A stretch of 64,000 nt of DNA from an uncultured Clostridium sp. (GCA_934717555.1 CAKUYY010000005.1:3290-67289); one strand, 5' to 3'. Positions 1-7,936 are shown, counted from the stretch's first letter. Made by a program: numbers and translations. Notes: generated by a model from the sequence alone, not told the origin.

Positions 1-247
1 TGACCAGATTCTGGGCATTGGTGGACAGGAACAGCGTCCGCAGTTTATAGATAACCTCGTCGGCACGGGATTCGTCCTCGGCAATCTCCGGGTTCAGGCG
101 GATCAGGGCAGCCCGGACCATGGATTCCACCATGACGTCACTCTCATCCCGGTCCAGTTCTTCGGCAGGGATGTACTCCCAGCCGTTCCTCTGTAAGGTG
201 GTCAGGAGCATCTGCTCGGTGGTGTTGTCTTCGTTGAACTTTGGCAT
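1..247 (-). CDS. hsdR: Type I restriction enzyme R subunit (HsdR), first 82 codons only; the gene continues past the left window edge
   Basis: Truncated, so absent from the ORF track. The reverse complement from ATG(247) reads MPKFNEDNTTEQMLLTTLQRNGWEYIPAEELDRDESDV...IRLNPEIAEDESRADEVIYKLRTLF, a typical HsdR N-terminus. An AAGGAG RBS overlaps the hsdS stop 3 nt upstream. The position after hsdM-hsdS is canonical. Confidence 0.7.
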   Translation of the reverse strand, partial: MPKFNEDNTTEQMLLTTLQRNGWEYIPAEELDRDESDVMVESMVRAALIRLNPEIAEDESRADEVIYKLRTLFLSTNAQNLV

Positions 248-250
248 GAT

Positions 251-1414
251 TTACTCCTTTCTCCCGGTCCACAAAGCATCTTCCAAGATGCAGCGCTTGG
301 TGGCTTGTAGGGATGTGATGGTGTTTTGAAGGGCAGATTTGGATCTATTGGCTTTTTTGATGATTGCTTCAAACTCTTCTTGAAGATTTAATGGTGGAAG
401 TGGTTGTTTCAATTTGCATGCCTTTGATATGAGAAAATGAGCAACCGTTGTAGCTCCCAATCCGCCTTCGATTTGCGACCACACCGTCGGCATAGTAAGT
501 CCGTATGTAAAAAAAGTTTCATTTATCGAGAGCTTTTTTCTGAATAACAAAACATCGGCATCTTTAAAGTAGAAACGCTCCCCTTGCTTTATGATATACG
601 TTTTTCCAATAGTGCTTGTAGCTGAAACGATAATATCTCCTGCTTGTACTTGTTCTTCTTTTGGCCTGCTATTATAAAATTCTTCGGATACAAAAAATTC
701 ATTGGATAGTGGTTCTCCATTGGCTAGTTGAACCATATCTCTGACGCGAATAAATGGAATGTTCCCATCTGTTTTCCACTCTGATTTTAAGATACGTTTA
801 CTCGATGAAATTAAAAATATATTTTCCATTAAATCCACTGGCCATCTGCAGTGGTCGATATCGTCTTCACCAAACATCTCAATAAACCGCGCCTGCACCA
901 GGGCATCCGTTTCGGTGAGCAGTTTCTGATAGGCCTGCAAGGTGTCATTGATAGACCACAGCACCTCGGCCAGCTTCTTTTGCTCATCCATGGGCGGGAG
1001 GTCAAAGGTGTAGTTTTTCAGATTTTCCCACTTGACCCGGGGGGACAGAGAACCCGCTGATTTACCCATGGCAAATTCAAACCGATTGTCATTCTGAATG
1101 ATGAAGGGAAGCAATTCCGGCAAAAGCAGTTCCTCTTTGGCACGGATCACCGTAATGTCGCCGGAGCAGATGCCGTCAAAGGGGGCCTGTGCCGCCTTTT
1201 TCAAATAGGCACGTCTGCGGCCGAAGAGCATATCTCCCTTGTGGAACCGTTTGGTAAAAGTGTTATCGGTATCCATATCCCAGTTGGAAAGCGTGACGTC
1301 TCCCGGAGTGATATGCTCCAGGCCCACAATGGGTATACCGGTCTTATCATCCTTGTATGTTTCGCGGCTCTCCACCGCCACATCTCCCAATTTTATCTGT
1401 GACACATCACTCAC
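251..1414 (-). CDS. hsdS: Type I restriction-modification specificity subunit HsdS (two target-recognition domains)
   Basis: 387 aa. Two TRD-like halves are each followed by a conserved helical spacer (LPPMDEQKKLAEVLWSINDTLQAYQKLL and LPPLNLQEEFEAIIKKANRSKSALQ). The start overlaps the hsdM stop by 8 nt. Confidence 0.85.
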   Translation of the reverse strand: MSDVSQIKLGDVAVESRETYKDDKTGIPIVGLEHITPGDVTLSNWDMDTDNTFTKRFHKGDMLFGRRRAYLKKAAQAPFDGICSGDITVIRAKEELLLPELLPFIIQNDNRFEFAMGKSAGSLSPRVKWENLKNYTFDLPPMDEQKKLAEVLWSINDTLQAYQKLLTETDALVQARFIEMFGEDDIDHCRWPVDLMENIFLISSSKRILKSEWKTDGNIPFIRVRDMVQLANGEPLSNEFFVSEEFYNSRPKEEQVQAGDIIVSATSTIGKTYIIKQGERFYFKDADVLLFRKKLSINETFFTYGLTMPTVWSQIEGGLGATTVAHFLISKACKLKQPLPPLNLQEEFEAIIKKANRSKSALQNTITSLQATKRCILEDALWTGRKE

Positions 1415-2894
1415 CTCCCATCAGCGTGTTCAGAGCGTTGTAATTCTCCCACAGTTCTGCGGAAGCCGCACACCAGTCTTCATAGCGTTCCTGGGTTGTG
1501 CCAATCGAAACAGGCGCCGCTGTGGAAGCCGGGTCTTTTACATACAGCGGAATACTGAGAGCAAACCCATTTTTCTCAATTTCCCGGATGGACACCTTTT
1601 TGGCAATGGCACCATCGGTCTGAAATTCCCTGTAGGCCTTCTCGATGGTCTCGATATGGGACGGCTCCAGAAAACTTTCGGCGTTCTTTCGGGTCACCTC
1701 GTTCACGGCGTTGATGAACAGCACATGCCCCTTGTGGCTGTCCGGCTTTTTGGTTCGGCAGATGACGATGCAAGCCTCCATAGGGGAATTGTAAAAGAGA
1801 TTGGGCCCCAGGCCGATGACGCACTCCAGCAAATCGGAGCGCACCAGCTTTTCCCGCATATCCTTCTCCTCGTTGCGGAACAGCACCCCATGAGGAAAAA
1901 GGACCGCGCACCGGCCGGTGTCGTTTTCCATACTTTTCAAAATATGCTGGAAGAACGCATAGTCGGCGCGGCCCTGGGGCGGAACCCCCAGAAAGTTTCT
2001 GCCGTATTGGTCCGCCTCAAAGGCTTTGCGGTTCCACTGGCTGATGGAATAGGGCGGATTGGCCAGTACCACATCAAACTGTTTCAGCCGCCCGCCCTCC
2101 ACAAAGGCCGGAGCCGCGAGGGTGTCTCCGTTGACAATGTGGAAATCCTCAATGCCGTGGAGGAATAGGTTCATGCGCCCGATGGAGCAGGTCAGCGCAT
2201 TGAACTCCTGGCCATAAAGAGAGACATTGCGCCACTCCTTGTGCTGTTCTTTGAGATAGGCAACGGAAGAAACCAGCATACCGGCACTGCCACAGGTAGG
2301 ATCATAGATGGATTCTCCCGGACGAGGCTCCAGCAATTCTGCCATCAGGTGCACTACCGTCCGGTTTGTATAGAATTCCTGAGCGGTGTGGCCGCTGTCG
2401 TCAGCAAACTTCTTGATAAGATATTCATAGCCGCGCCCTAATTCATCCTCCGGACAGTTTGCCAGCGAAAGTGTCTGTGTGCTGAAATGCTCCAGCATAT
2501 CTTTCAGCAGACGATCGGGAAGCCGGCGCTTGTTGGTCCAGGTGCCGTCCCCGAAAATGCCGTGGAGCTTATCCGGATTCGCTTTCTCAATAGCGCGGAA
2601 AGCATCCTGGATTGCCTTGCCTACATCTTGTGTGACATTGCGCACAGCGTTCCAGTGGGCGTCTTTGGGGAGGACAAAGCTGTGAGTTTCCTCCCAGCTG
2701 TCTGCCTCGGGCCCGTTTTCCTGAATTGCCTTTGCGGTCTCCTCCTCATACACATCGTTGAGACGCTTGAAGAATAAAAGCGGAAAGATGTACTGTTTGT
2801 AGGAACCGGCGTCGATGTGGTTGCGAAGGAGAACGGCTGAACCCCACAGATAAGACTCCAGTTCCTCCTGGGTAATCTGCTTACTCATGGACAT
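1407..2894 (-). CDS. hsdM: Type I restriction-modification N6-adenine DNA methyltransferase subunit HsdM (paralog 1)
   Basis: 495 aa. It has the HsdM N-terminal domain (YIFPLLFFKRLNDVYEEE), EFYTNRTVV, motif I DPTCGSAGML and motif IV ANPPYS. It overlaps the upstream ORF by 14 nt. Confidence 0.9.
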   Translation of the reverse strand: MSMSKQITQEELESYLWGSAVLLRNHIDAGSYKQYIFPLLFFKRLNDVYEEETAKAIQENGPEADSWEETHSFVLPKDAHWNAVRNVTQDVGKAIQDAFRAIEKANPDKLHGIFGDGTWTNKRRLPDRLLKDMLEHFSTQTLSLANCPEDELGRGYEYLIKKFADDSGHTAQEFYTNRTVVHLMAELLEPRPGESIYDPTCGSAGMLVSSVAYLKEQHKEWRNVSLYGQEFNALTCSIGRMNLFLHGIEDFHIVNGDTLAAPAFVEGGRLKQFDVVLANPPYSISQWNRKAFEADQYGRNFLGVPPQGRADYAFFQHILKSMENDTGRCAVLFPHGVLFRNEEKDMREKLVRSDLLECVIGLGPNLFYNSPMEACIVICRTKKPDSHKGHVLFINAVNEVTRKNAESFLEPSHIETIEKAYREFQTDGAIAKKVSIREIEKNGFALSIPLYVKDPASTAAPVSIGTTQERYEDWCAASAELWENYNALNTLMGGE

Positions 2895-5298
2895 AACCTC
2901 CTTCCATCAGCAATTTCCGCATTTTAGCTTCCGCGGTACGGACGGCCTCCAGTGCGGCGAAGTAGTTCTGGCGAACCACGGCAGGAGGAATGGTTTCCTG
3001 CTTTTTCCGTTCAATATATCGCTTAACACTCAGGTCAAAACCGCCATCTTCCACGTCTTTCAGCGTGACAACTTTGCATCGCTCGATGACATCGGTGTAG
3101 TTGCTGTACAGGTCATACAGTGTCTGGATGTTGGCCGGCGAGAGCTCGTTTTGCGCCCGTTTTGGGGTATAGACCCCAGAGCCGTCAATCAGGCAGATGC
3201 GCCCCTTGTGGGTGTGGCTCTTCTTGTTGTTCAAGTAGAGGATACAGGCCGATACACCGGTGCTGTAAAATACACCGCTGGCCAGGGTGATGACGGCTTC
3301 CAACTTATCCGAAAGCACCAGCTGCTTGCGCATTTCGCCCTCTTTACCAGAATGGAAGAGCACGCCCTGAGGAAGCACTACAGCACAGCGACCATTTTTC
3401 GGATCCATGGATTTGACCATGTGCTGAAGCCAGGCGAAGTCTGCATTGGAGTCCGTCGGGCAGCCCCACAGATTTCGCCCATATTGGTCCGATTCAAACT
3501 GAGCAGATCCCCACTTGGCCATGCCGAAGGGAGGATTGGCAAGCACACAGTCAAAAGTTTTGATTCTGCCGCGTTCCAGAAACAGCGGATTGCGAAGCGT
3601 GTCTCCCTGTTTAACTTGAACATCTTTCGCGCCGTGAAGATACAAATTCATGCGGGCAATGGCAGACGTAGACAGGTTGTTCTCCTGACCGTAGATTCTA
3701 CCATAGGCAAGGCGGTCATTGTGCATGTGGCGGATTGCCTCGATTAACATCCCACCAGTGCCGCAGGCAGGATCGTATACGGTTTCTCCGGGCTGCGGGT
3801 CAAGCAGATTGACCATCAGCTTCACAATGGTACGGGGCGTGTAAAACTCGCCAGCGTTTTTCTTGGAAAGGTCTGCAAACTTTTTGATGAGGAATTCGTA
3901 GCTGTCGCCCATAATGTCTGCGGAGTAATCTTTGTTGCCGACCCGGATGCTGGACATGTGCTCGATCAGATTTTTGAGCCGCTCATCAGACAGCTTGTTC
4001 TTATCTGTCCAGGTGGCATCGTCAAAGCTGCTGAATACACCGGACAGGGTATCAGGATTTGCTTTCTCAATCCCGGTCATAGCGTTTACGATGGCCTTGC
4101 CGACATCCTTGGTTACCTTGCGGACGTCTTCCCAATGACAGCCATCGGGAATGACAAAGGAGTGCATTTCCTCGGCCTCTGCATATTCCACATCACCGCC
4201 GGAAAACGCCAGTGCATCTGCGTATTCCTCGTCATAAACATCCGAAATTCTCTTAAAAAAGAGAATGGGGGTTACATAGCTTTTGTACTCATCCTGGTTG
4301 ATGGGACCGCGTAAGATGTTGCAGGCCTCAAACAAATGGTTGAAAAGCTTCTTGCTTGTGGTTTCTTCCATTTCAGCTTCAGTGGATCGTACATCTTCCT
4401 CTGCAGCCTGCACGGCATTTTCGATTAGGGTGGCACGGTCTTCTCCGGACACCTTTCGAGTCTCATCCCGCTTGACCGGAATAGGAAGGTTCCGCATATG
4501 TCTCTCCATCACGGGAGTATATTTGTTTTCGAACTCTATCAGGATTTGAAGCAGCCGCTCGTCCAGAAAGGTCAAGGCATGTTTGCGAATGTCCGCCGGA
4601 ATACCATAGTAGGCCTCCGAAACACCGCCGCAGATGGCTGCCAAGGTATCACTATCTCCGCCGATGGAAATGGCGTTTCGGATGGCATCTTCAAAACCGG
4701 TGGATTCAAAGAAGGCCATCAATGCCTGAGGGACTGTATCTTGGCAGGTTTCATTGAAACGGTAAGTTGACCTGATGCCGTCGAGCGTAAAGTTCAGCAG
4801 GTAGTAGTTCTGCTCGATATAATCCCGGATTTCCAAAATACTGCTTCCGGTTCGGGCCATGTAAATGGCGGCTGCGGTAGCCTCAGCACCTTTTAACCCC
4901 TCTGGATGGTTATGGGTCACCTCGGTAATTTTTCGGGAAAGCAGCTTTGCTTCCTCCAGACTGCTGGCCGCAAAGCCGGCAGCGCTGACCCGCATGGCAG
5001 CTCCGTTTCCGAAGCTGTTATAGGGGTGCGGATCATCTGAAAATACCCACTTGGAGAACGCTGTGCCATATCCGCAGCCCGGATAATTTCTGCCTATGGA
5101 CTGCATGTACTCCACGGATTTTTGCGAAAGATTGCTATAATCCGGGGCGCTCTCCAAAATTGCCTTTGCCAATGCTAATGTCATGACGCTGTCATCGGTG
5201 GCAAAGCACTTATAGGTGAGAAAGTCAAAATCTTTGGTTTTAATATTGTTCCATTCAAAACGGGAACCTACGAGATCCCCAATGATTGCTCCTAGCAT
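2881..5298 (-). CDS. ADP-ribosylglycohydrolase (ARH/DraG-like) domain fused to a full HsdM-type N6-adenine DNA methyltransferase (paralog 2)
   Basis: The ORF track gives 2881..5361, which starts at a GTG. An ATG at 5298 preceded by AAGGAGacagaaatt is the more likely start. N-terminal ARH motifs: GAIIGDLVGSRFE, FATDDSVMT, SFGNGAAMRV, HNHPEG, GGDSDTLAAICGG. C-terminal HsdM motifs: PILFFKRISDVYDEEY, EFYTPRTIV, DPACGTGGML, ANPPFG. Confidence 0.8.
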   Translation of the reverse strand: MLGAIIGDLVGSRFEWNNIKTKDFDFLTYKCFATDDSVMTLALAKAILESAPDYSNLSQKSVEYMQSIGRNYPGCGYGTAFSKWVFSDDPHPYNSFGNGAAMRVSAAGFAASSLEEAKLLSRKITEVTHNHPEGLKGAEATAAAIYMARTGSSILEIRDYIEQNYYLLNFTLDGIRSTYRFNETCQDTVPQALMAFFESTGFEDAIRNAISIGGDSDTLAAICGGVSEAYYGIPADIRKHALTFLDERLLQILIEFENKYTPVMERHMRNLPIPVKRDETRKVSGEDRATLIENAVQAAEEDVRSTEAEMEETTSKKLFNHLFEACNILRGPINQDEYKSYVTPILFFKRISDVYDEEYADALAFSGGDVEYAEAEEMHSFVIPDGCHWEDVRKVTKDVGKAIVNAMTGIEKANPDTLSGVFSSFDDATWTDKNKLSDERLKNLIEHMSSIRVGNKDYSADIMGDSYEFLIKKFADLSKKNAGEFYTPRTIVKLMVNLLDPQPGETVYDPACGTGGMLIEAIRHMHNDRLAYGRIYGQENNLSTSAIARMNLYLHGAKDVQVKQGDTLRNPLFLERGRIKTFDCVLANPPFGMAKWGSAQFESDQYGRNLWGCPTDSNADFAWLQHMVKSMDPKNGRCAVVLPQGVLFHSGKEGEMRKQLVLSDKLEAVITLASGVFYSTGVSACILYLNNKKSHTHKGRICLIDGSGVYTPKRAQNELSPANIQTLYDLYSNYTDVIERCKVVTLKDVEDGGFDLSVKRYIERKKQETIPPAVVRQNYFAALEAVRTAEAKMRKLLMEGGYVHE

Positions 5299-5389
5299 AA
5301 TTTCTGTCTCCTTATGCGGACTCTTTATGATGCTGCATGAATAGGATATAGCATTTGTCACCTACATTCATCACGGGGCGATTCCTCCT

Positions 5390-7009
5390 TCAAAAAGTCT
5401 GAAGCTTGGTGAGAACTTTAGTCCAACGTTTTTCAGCTGCAGCTACAGTTTCTTTGTAGTTCGTCAGTTCTTCGAGGTACTCCTTGACCACCGCTTTCTG
5501 TGTGTCTAGCAGGGGGATGGGAACTTCCAAAACTTTCAGATCCCGATAGCTGATATTCATCACAGTCGTGCCTTGTTGGGCGCTGCTAATGAGCTTGTTA
5601 CCGATAGGGCTATCCAAGAAAATTTTCAAGTAGATGCTGTCGAGCATCTTGGCGTCTGGCCGGATTACGATCAAATTGGACGAGGCGATACATGGATAAC
5701 TCTGTGAGTGAAACACAGCGGTTCGAATTGCGGTTCCCCTGGCAGGAAGAAGTACATCCCCCTCTTGCAGCAGATAGTTGAATACTTTACGTTCCTCTTC
5801 CTGCAAGTGCTCCAACCCGGCGTAGTCAATTTCATAATCGCCTATATTGGAGATGTTCACTATACCGATGTTACCGGATGGATCTTTCTTGGTTATGGCT
5901 TTGCCACGGAATACCTCTGCAACATTCCCAATCATATCTTTCCGGAGGTTAGAACTTTGATAGTTCTGATAGTCCTCGTCTTGTTGCGCAAAAATCTGAT
6001 CAATGTTCCAGTCTCCTTGTTCTTCCAGCTCGGACAGCATGACAAAGGTATCGTCTTTCACTTCTAGTGATGTGACCGCCTCTCGGCGGGTCTTCTTGGA
6101 AGAAGAGTATCTCCGGACAACAATATCAGTGTCGTCGTACGGCCGATTGTTTTCGAGGTCCAGTAGATAGACCTTAATGCCGCAATATGATATGGTCCCT
6201 TCAGGAAGTTCTCCAATTTCCCTAATGGTATAAGTCGTCTGAACAAACTGTCGAAGATCGCTAATCTTTCCAGACGCAAAGGTGATTCGGCCTGGAAGAG
6301 TAATCACCAGGCGACCGCCATCATTCAAGTGGAGCAATAGATTCTCTAGTGCAACCATCTCGAATTCTCTACATATAAAGTTTGGGTCGTCTGACAGCAT
6401 CCGGCCGCCAAAGTTCGGACAGGCAAAGATAAGATCGAATCGGCTGTTTGTGAACTCATAGCGGTAAATGTCAGATATAATGACTTCCACATTATCATAT
6501 TTTCCGAAGATGTTTTCTAAGACTCGGGCATAAATCATGTTTTGAGTCGTAAGCACAAACTTCGAGTTAATGTTCTCATCAATTATAGACTGCAAGTTTG
6601 GGACAAACTTTTCGGCCTCGGCGATGAGAACCGTTTGGGGGTGGAAGACAAAACGATCTGTGTAGACATTTACCAACGCTTTGGGGAGCAAAGGCTTCTT
6701 GGATGTTGATAATATTTGAGCCATGAGTCCTTCCAAATCAGCATGTCGGACCTGATCGATACTCTTGTAGACAAGAATAAAATGTTCCTTGTCACGGAAA
6801 GGATTTCTGATATTTAGTTTGTCGGCGGATTCCAACAAGGAAATATAAAGCTCATCGTCAGTGGCCTTAGCGTTCTGGTTTTGGAATCGTTTCTTGACTT
6901 TATCTATCAGAACGATCGCAGCAATGCTATCATCATGCGCGACTGCACTTCTGATCACATTCCAGTAGGCTGGGAGTTTATTTTGAACGTCGCTTCTCAT
7001 CGTTTTCAT
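5390..7009 (-). CDS. Methyltransferase-like protein (degenerate motifs I and IV) fused to a single HsdS-type target-recognition domain
   Basis: 539 aa. FDLIFACPNFGGRM and LNDGGRLVITLPGRITF resemble N6-MTase motifs IV-VI, but CPNF replaces NPPF/Y and no DPxxGxG loop is seen. The C-terminal ~200 aa resemble a half HsdS (GDVLLPARG, LIVIRPD, VPIPLLDTQKAVVKEYLEEL coiled-coil). An AGGAGG RBS sits at 7013-7018. Confidence 0.6.
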   Translation of the reverse strand: MKTMRSDVQNKLPAYWNVIRSAVAHDDSIAAIVLIDKVKKRFQNQNAKATDDELYISLLESADKLNIRNPFRDKEHFILVYKSIDQVRHADLEGLMAQILSTSKKPLLPKALVNVYTDRFVFHPQTVLIAEAEKFVPNLQSIIDENINSKFVLTTQNMIYARVLENIFGKYDNVEVIISDIYRYEFTNSRFDLIFACPNFGGRMLSDDPNFICREFEMVALENLLLHLNDGGRLVITLPGRITFASGKISDLRQFVQTTYTIREIGELPEGTISYCGIKVYLLDLENNRPYDDTDIVVRRYSSSKKTRREAVTSLEVKDDTFVMLSELEEQGDWNIDQIFAQQDEDYQNYQSSNLRKDMIGNVAEVFRGKAITKKDPSGNIGIVNISNIGDYEIDYAGLEHLQEEERKVFNYLLQEGDVLLPARGTAIRTAVFHSQSYPCIASSNLIVIRPDAKMLDSIYLKIFLDSPIGNKLISSAQQGTTVMNISYRDLKVLEVPIPLLDTQKAVVKEYLEELTNYKETVAAAEKRWTKVLTKLQTF

Positions 7010-7034
7010 CCTCCTACTTCTGATCTTTGAGTGT

Positions 7035-7063
7035 ATTGTACCATGATTTCACACACACGTCAA
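7035..7063 (-). promoter_or_regulatory. Sigma-A type promoter of the RM-derived operon
   Basis: The minus strand reads TTGACG-17 nt-TACAAT, with TGg immediately upstream of the -10 (extended -10-like). It lies about 25 nt upstream of the AGGAGG RBS and ATG at 7009. Confidence 0.6.
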
Positions 7064-7219
7064 CCGTGAGCATTATTTTGGTATGTAAGTACTAAAATAA
7101 TGTTTTGCTTTATAAAACTACTACTTTACAATTCTGCAAGCAGATTACATAGACGAGACGAAAAAGCGGCTACTCATCACTCTAAAGGAGAAATCTATTC
7201 CTTTCTGTCTTATCATATG

Positions 7220-7253
7220 AAAAAGGGTTGTCCCAAACAGGACAGCCCTTTTT
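7220..7253. terminator. Rho-independent terminator hairpin (bidirectional) isolating the RM operon from upstream debris
   Basis: AAAAAGGGTTGTCC-caaaca-GGACAGCCCTTTTT. The 13-bp stem has one G-U pair and is flanked by A and T runs. Confidence 0.65.
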
Positions 7254-7308
7254 CTACCATCTTTAATTTTTTGCCTCACTCCTTGCTTCGATCAGAAAAT
7301 CTGTTTTC

Positions 7309-7449
7309 CTAGGTTGTCAGTTCCTTCTGCTCCTGTTCGCTGGCGTAGAATTTTTGAATCTCAGGTACAAGAAACCGAGAGAAGGAATCAATGATGGACT
7401 GCGGCAGTTCGATTGTGTATGGGTTCTGATGTTTTTCTTGGCTGGCCAT
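7309..7449 (-). CDS. Small hypothetical protein (46 aa), possibly a mobile-element accessory gene
   Basis: Below the ORF-track cutoff. It reads MASQEKHQNPYTIELPQSIIDSFSRFLVPEIQKFYASEQEQKELTT and is followed by the 7220-7253 terminator. The RBS is weak. It resembles small proteins I associate with Firmicute conjugative elements, but this is unverified. Confidence 0.3.
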   Translation of the reverse strand: MASQEKHQNPYTIELPQSIIDSFSRFLVPEIQKFYASEQEQKELTT

Positions 7450-7497
7450 GGTGAGTTGCCCCAATAGCAAAACCTTTGCGGCTCAACTCAGCCCATC

Positions 7498-7590
7498 TCA
7501 CACTCCTTCCCGGAAGATACACAGCTGCCAAATATTGTGCCACTGTCCAGAACGAGTGTGGGCGATTTCAAAACCTGCGGATTTTCTCAT
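7498..7590 (-). CDS. Candidate 30-aa micro-ORF whose RBS lies inside a long hairpin
   Basis: MRKSAGFEIAHTRSGQWHNIWQLCIFREGV. The GGGAAGGGAG RBS is 5 nt upstream of the ATG and forms the 3' arm of the 7596-7643 inverted repeat. Confidence 0.2.
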   Translation of the reverse strand: MRKSAGFEIAHTRSGQWHNIWQLCIFREGV

Positions 7591-7595
7591 AGTAC

Positions 7596-7643
7596 TCCCT
7601 TCCCATCTGGGCTTTTCTCATGAAACCCCCAGATGGGAAGGGA
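7596..7643. repeat. Perfect 16-bp inverted repeat with a 16-nt loop
   Basis: TCCCTTCCCATCTGGG (7596-7611) and CCCAGATGGGAAGGGA (7628-7643) are exact reverse complements. Confidence 0.9.
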
Positions 7644-7699
7644 ACGAATCGAATGATACTGGATAAGTTGGTCAAGCGCCTGTTGAATTAACAGCTTCG

Positions 7700-7936
7700 T
7701 TAAGGGGATTTGGGCAGTACTGCGTGTTCATCTGCACCTGCATGTATCTCAGCGGCCTTGACACTACTGAAATTGTAGCCATGACGTTTACAAAATTTGC
7801 GATAGCGCTCAGTGAAGGCAGCAAGACTCTGACTGCACACACAGTCCAGATGCCAGAAAGCCTCAGCAAAATCGACCCATTTCTGGCTGCCATCCTCCCG
7901 TGCAGGGCTTTTAATATGGTTTAGAAAGCCGTCCAT
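7700..7936 (-). CDS. Hypothetical 78-aa ORF, possibly a gene fragment
   Basis: ORF track only. There is no recognisable motif and the RBS is weak. It sits in a region with several short overlapping ORFs in different frames, which is consistent with a decayed gene. Confidence 0.2.
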   Translation of the reverse strand: MDGFLNHIKSPAREDGSQKWVDFAEAFWHLDCVCSQSLAAFTERYRKFCKRHGYNFSSVKAAEIHAGADEHAVLPKSP

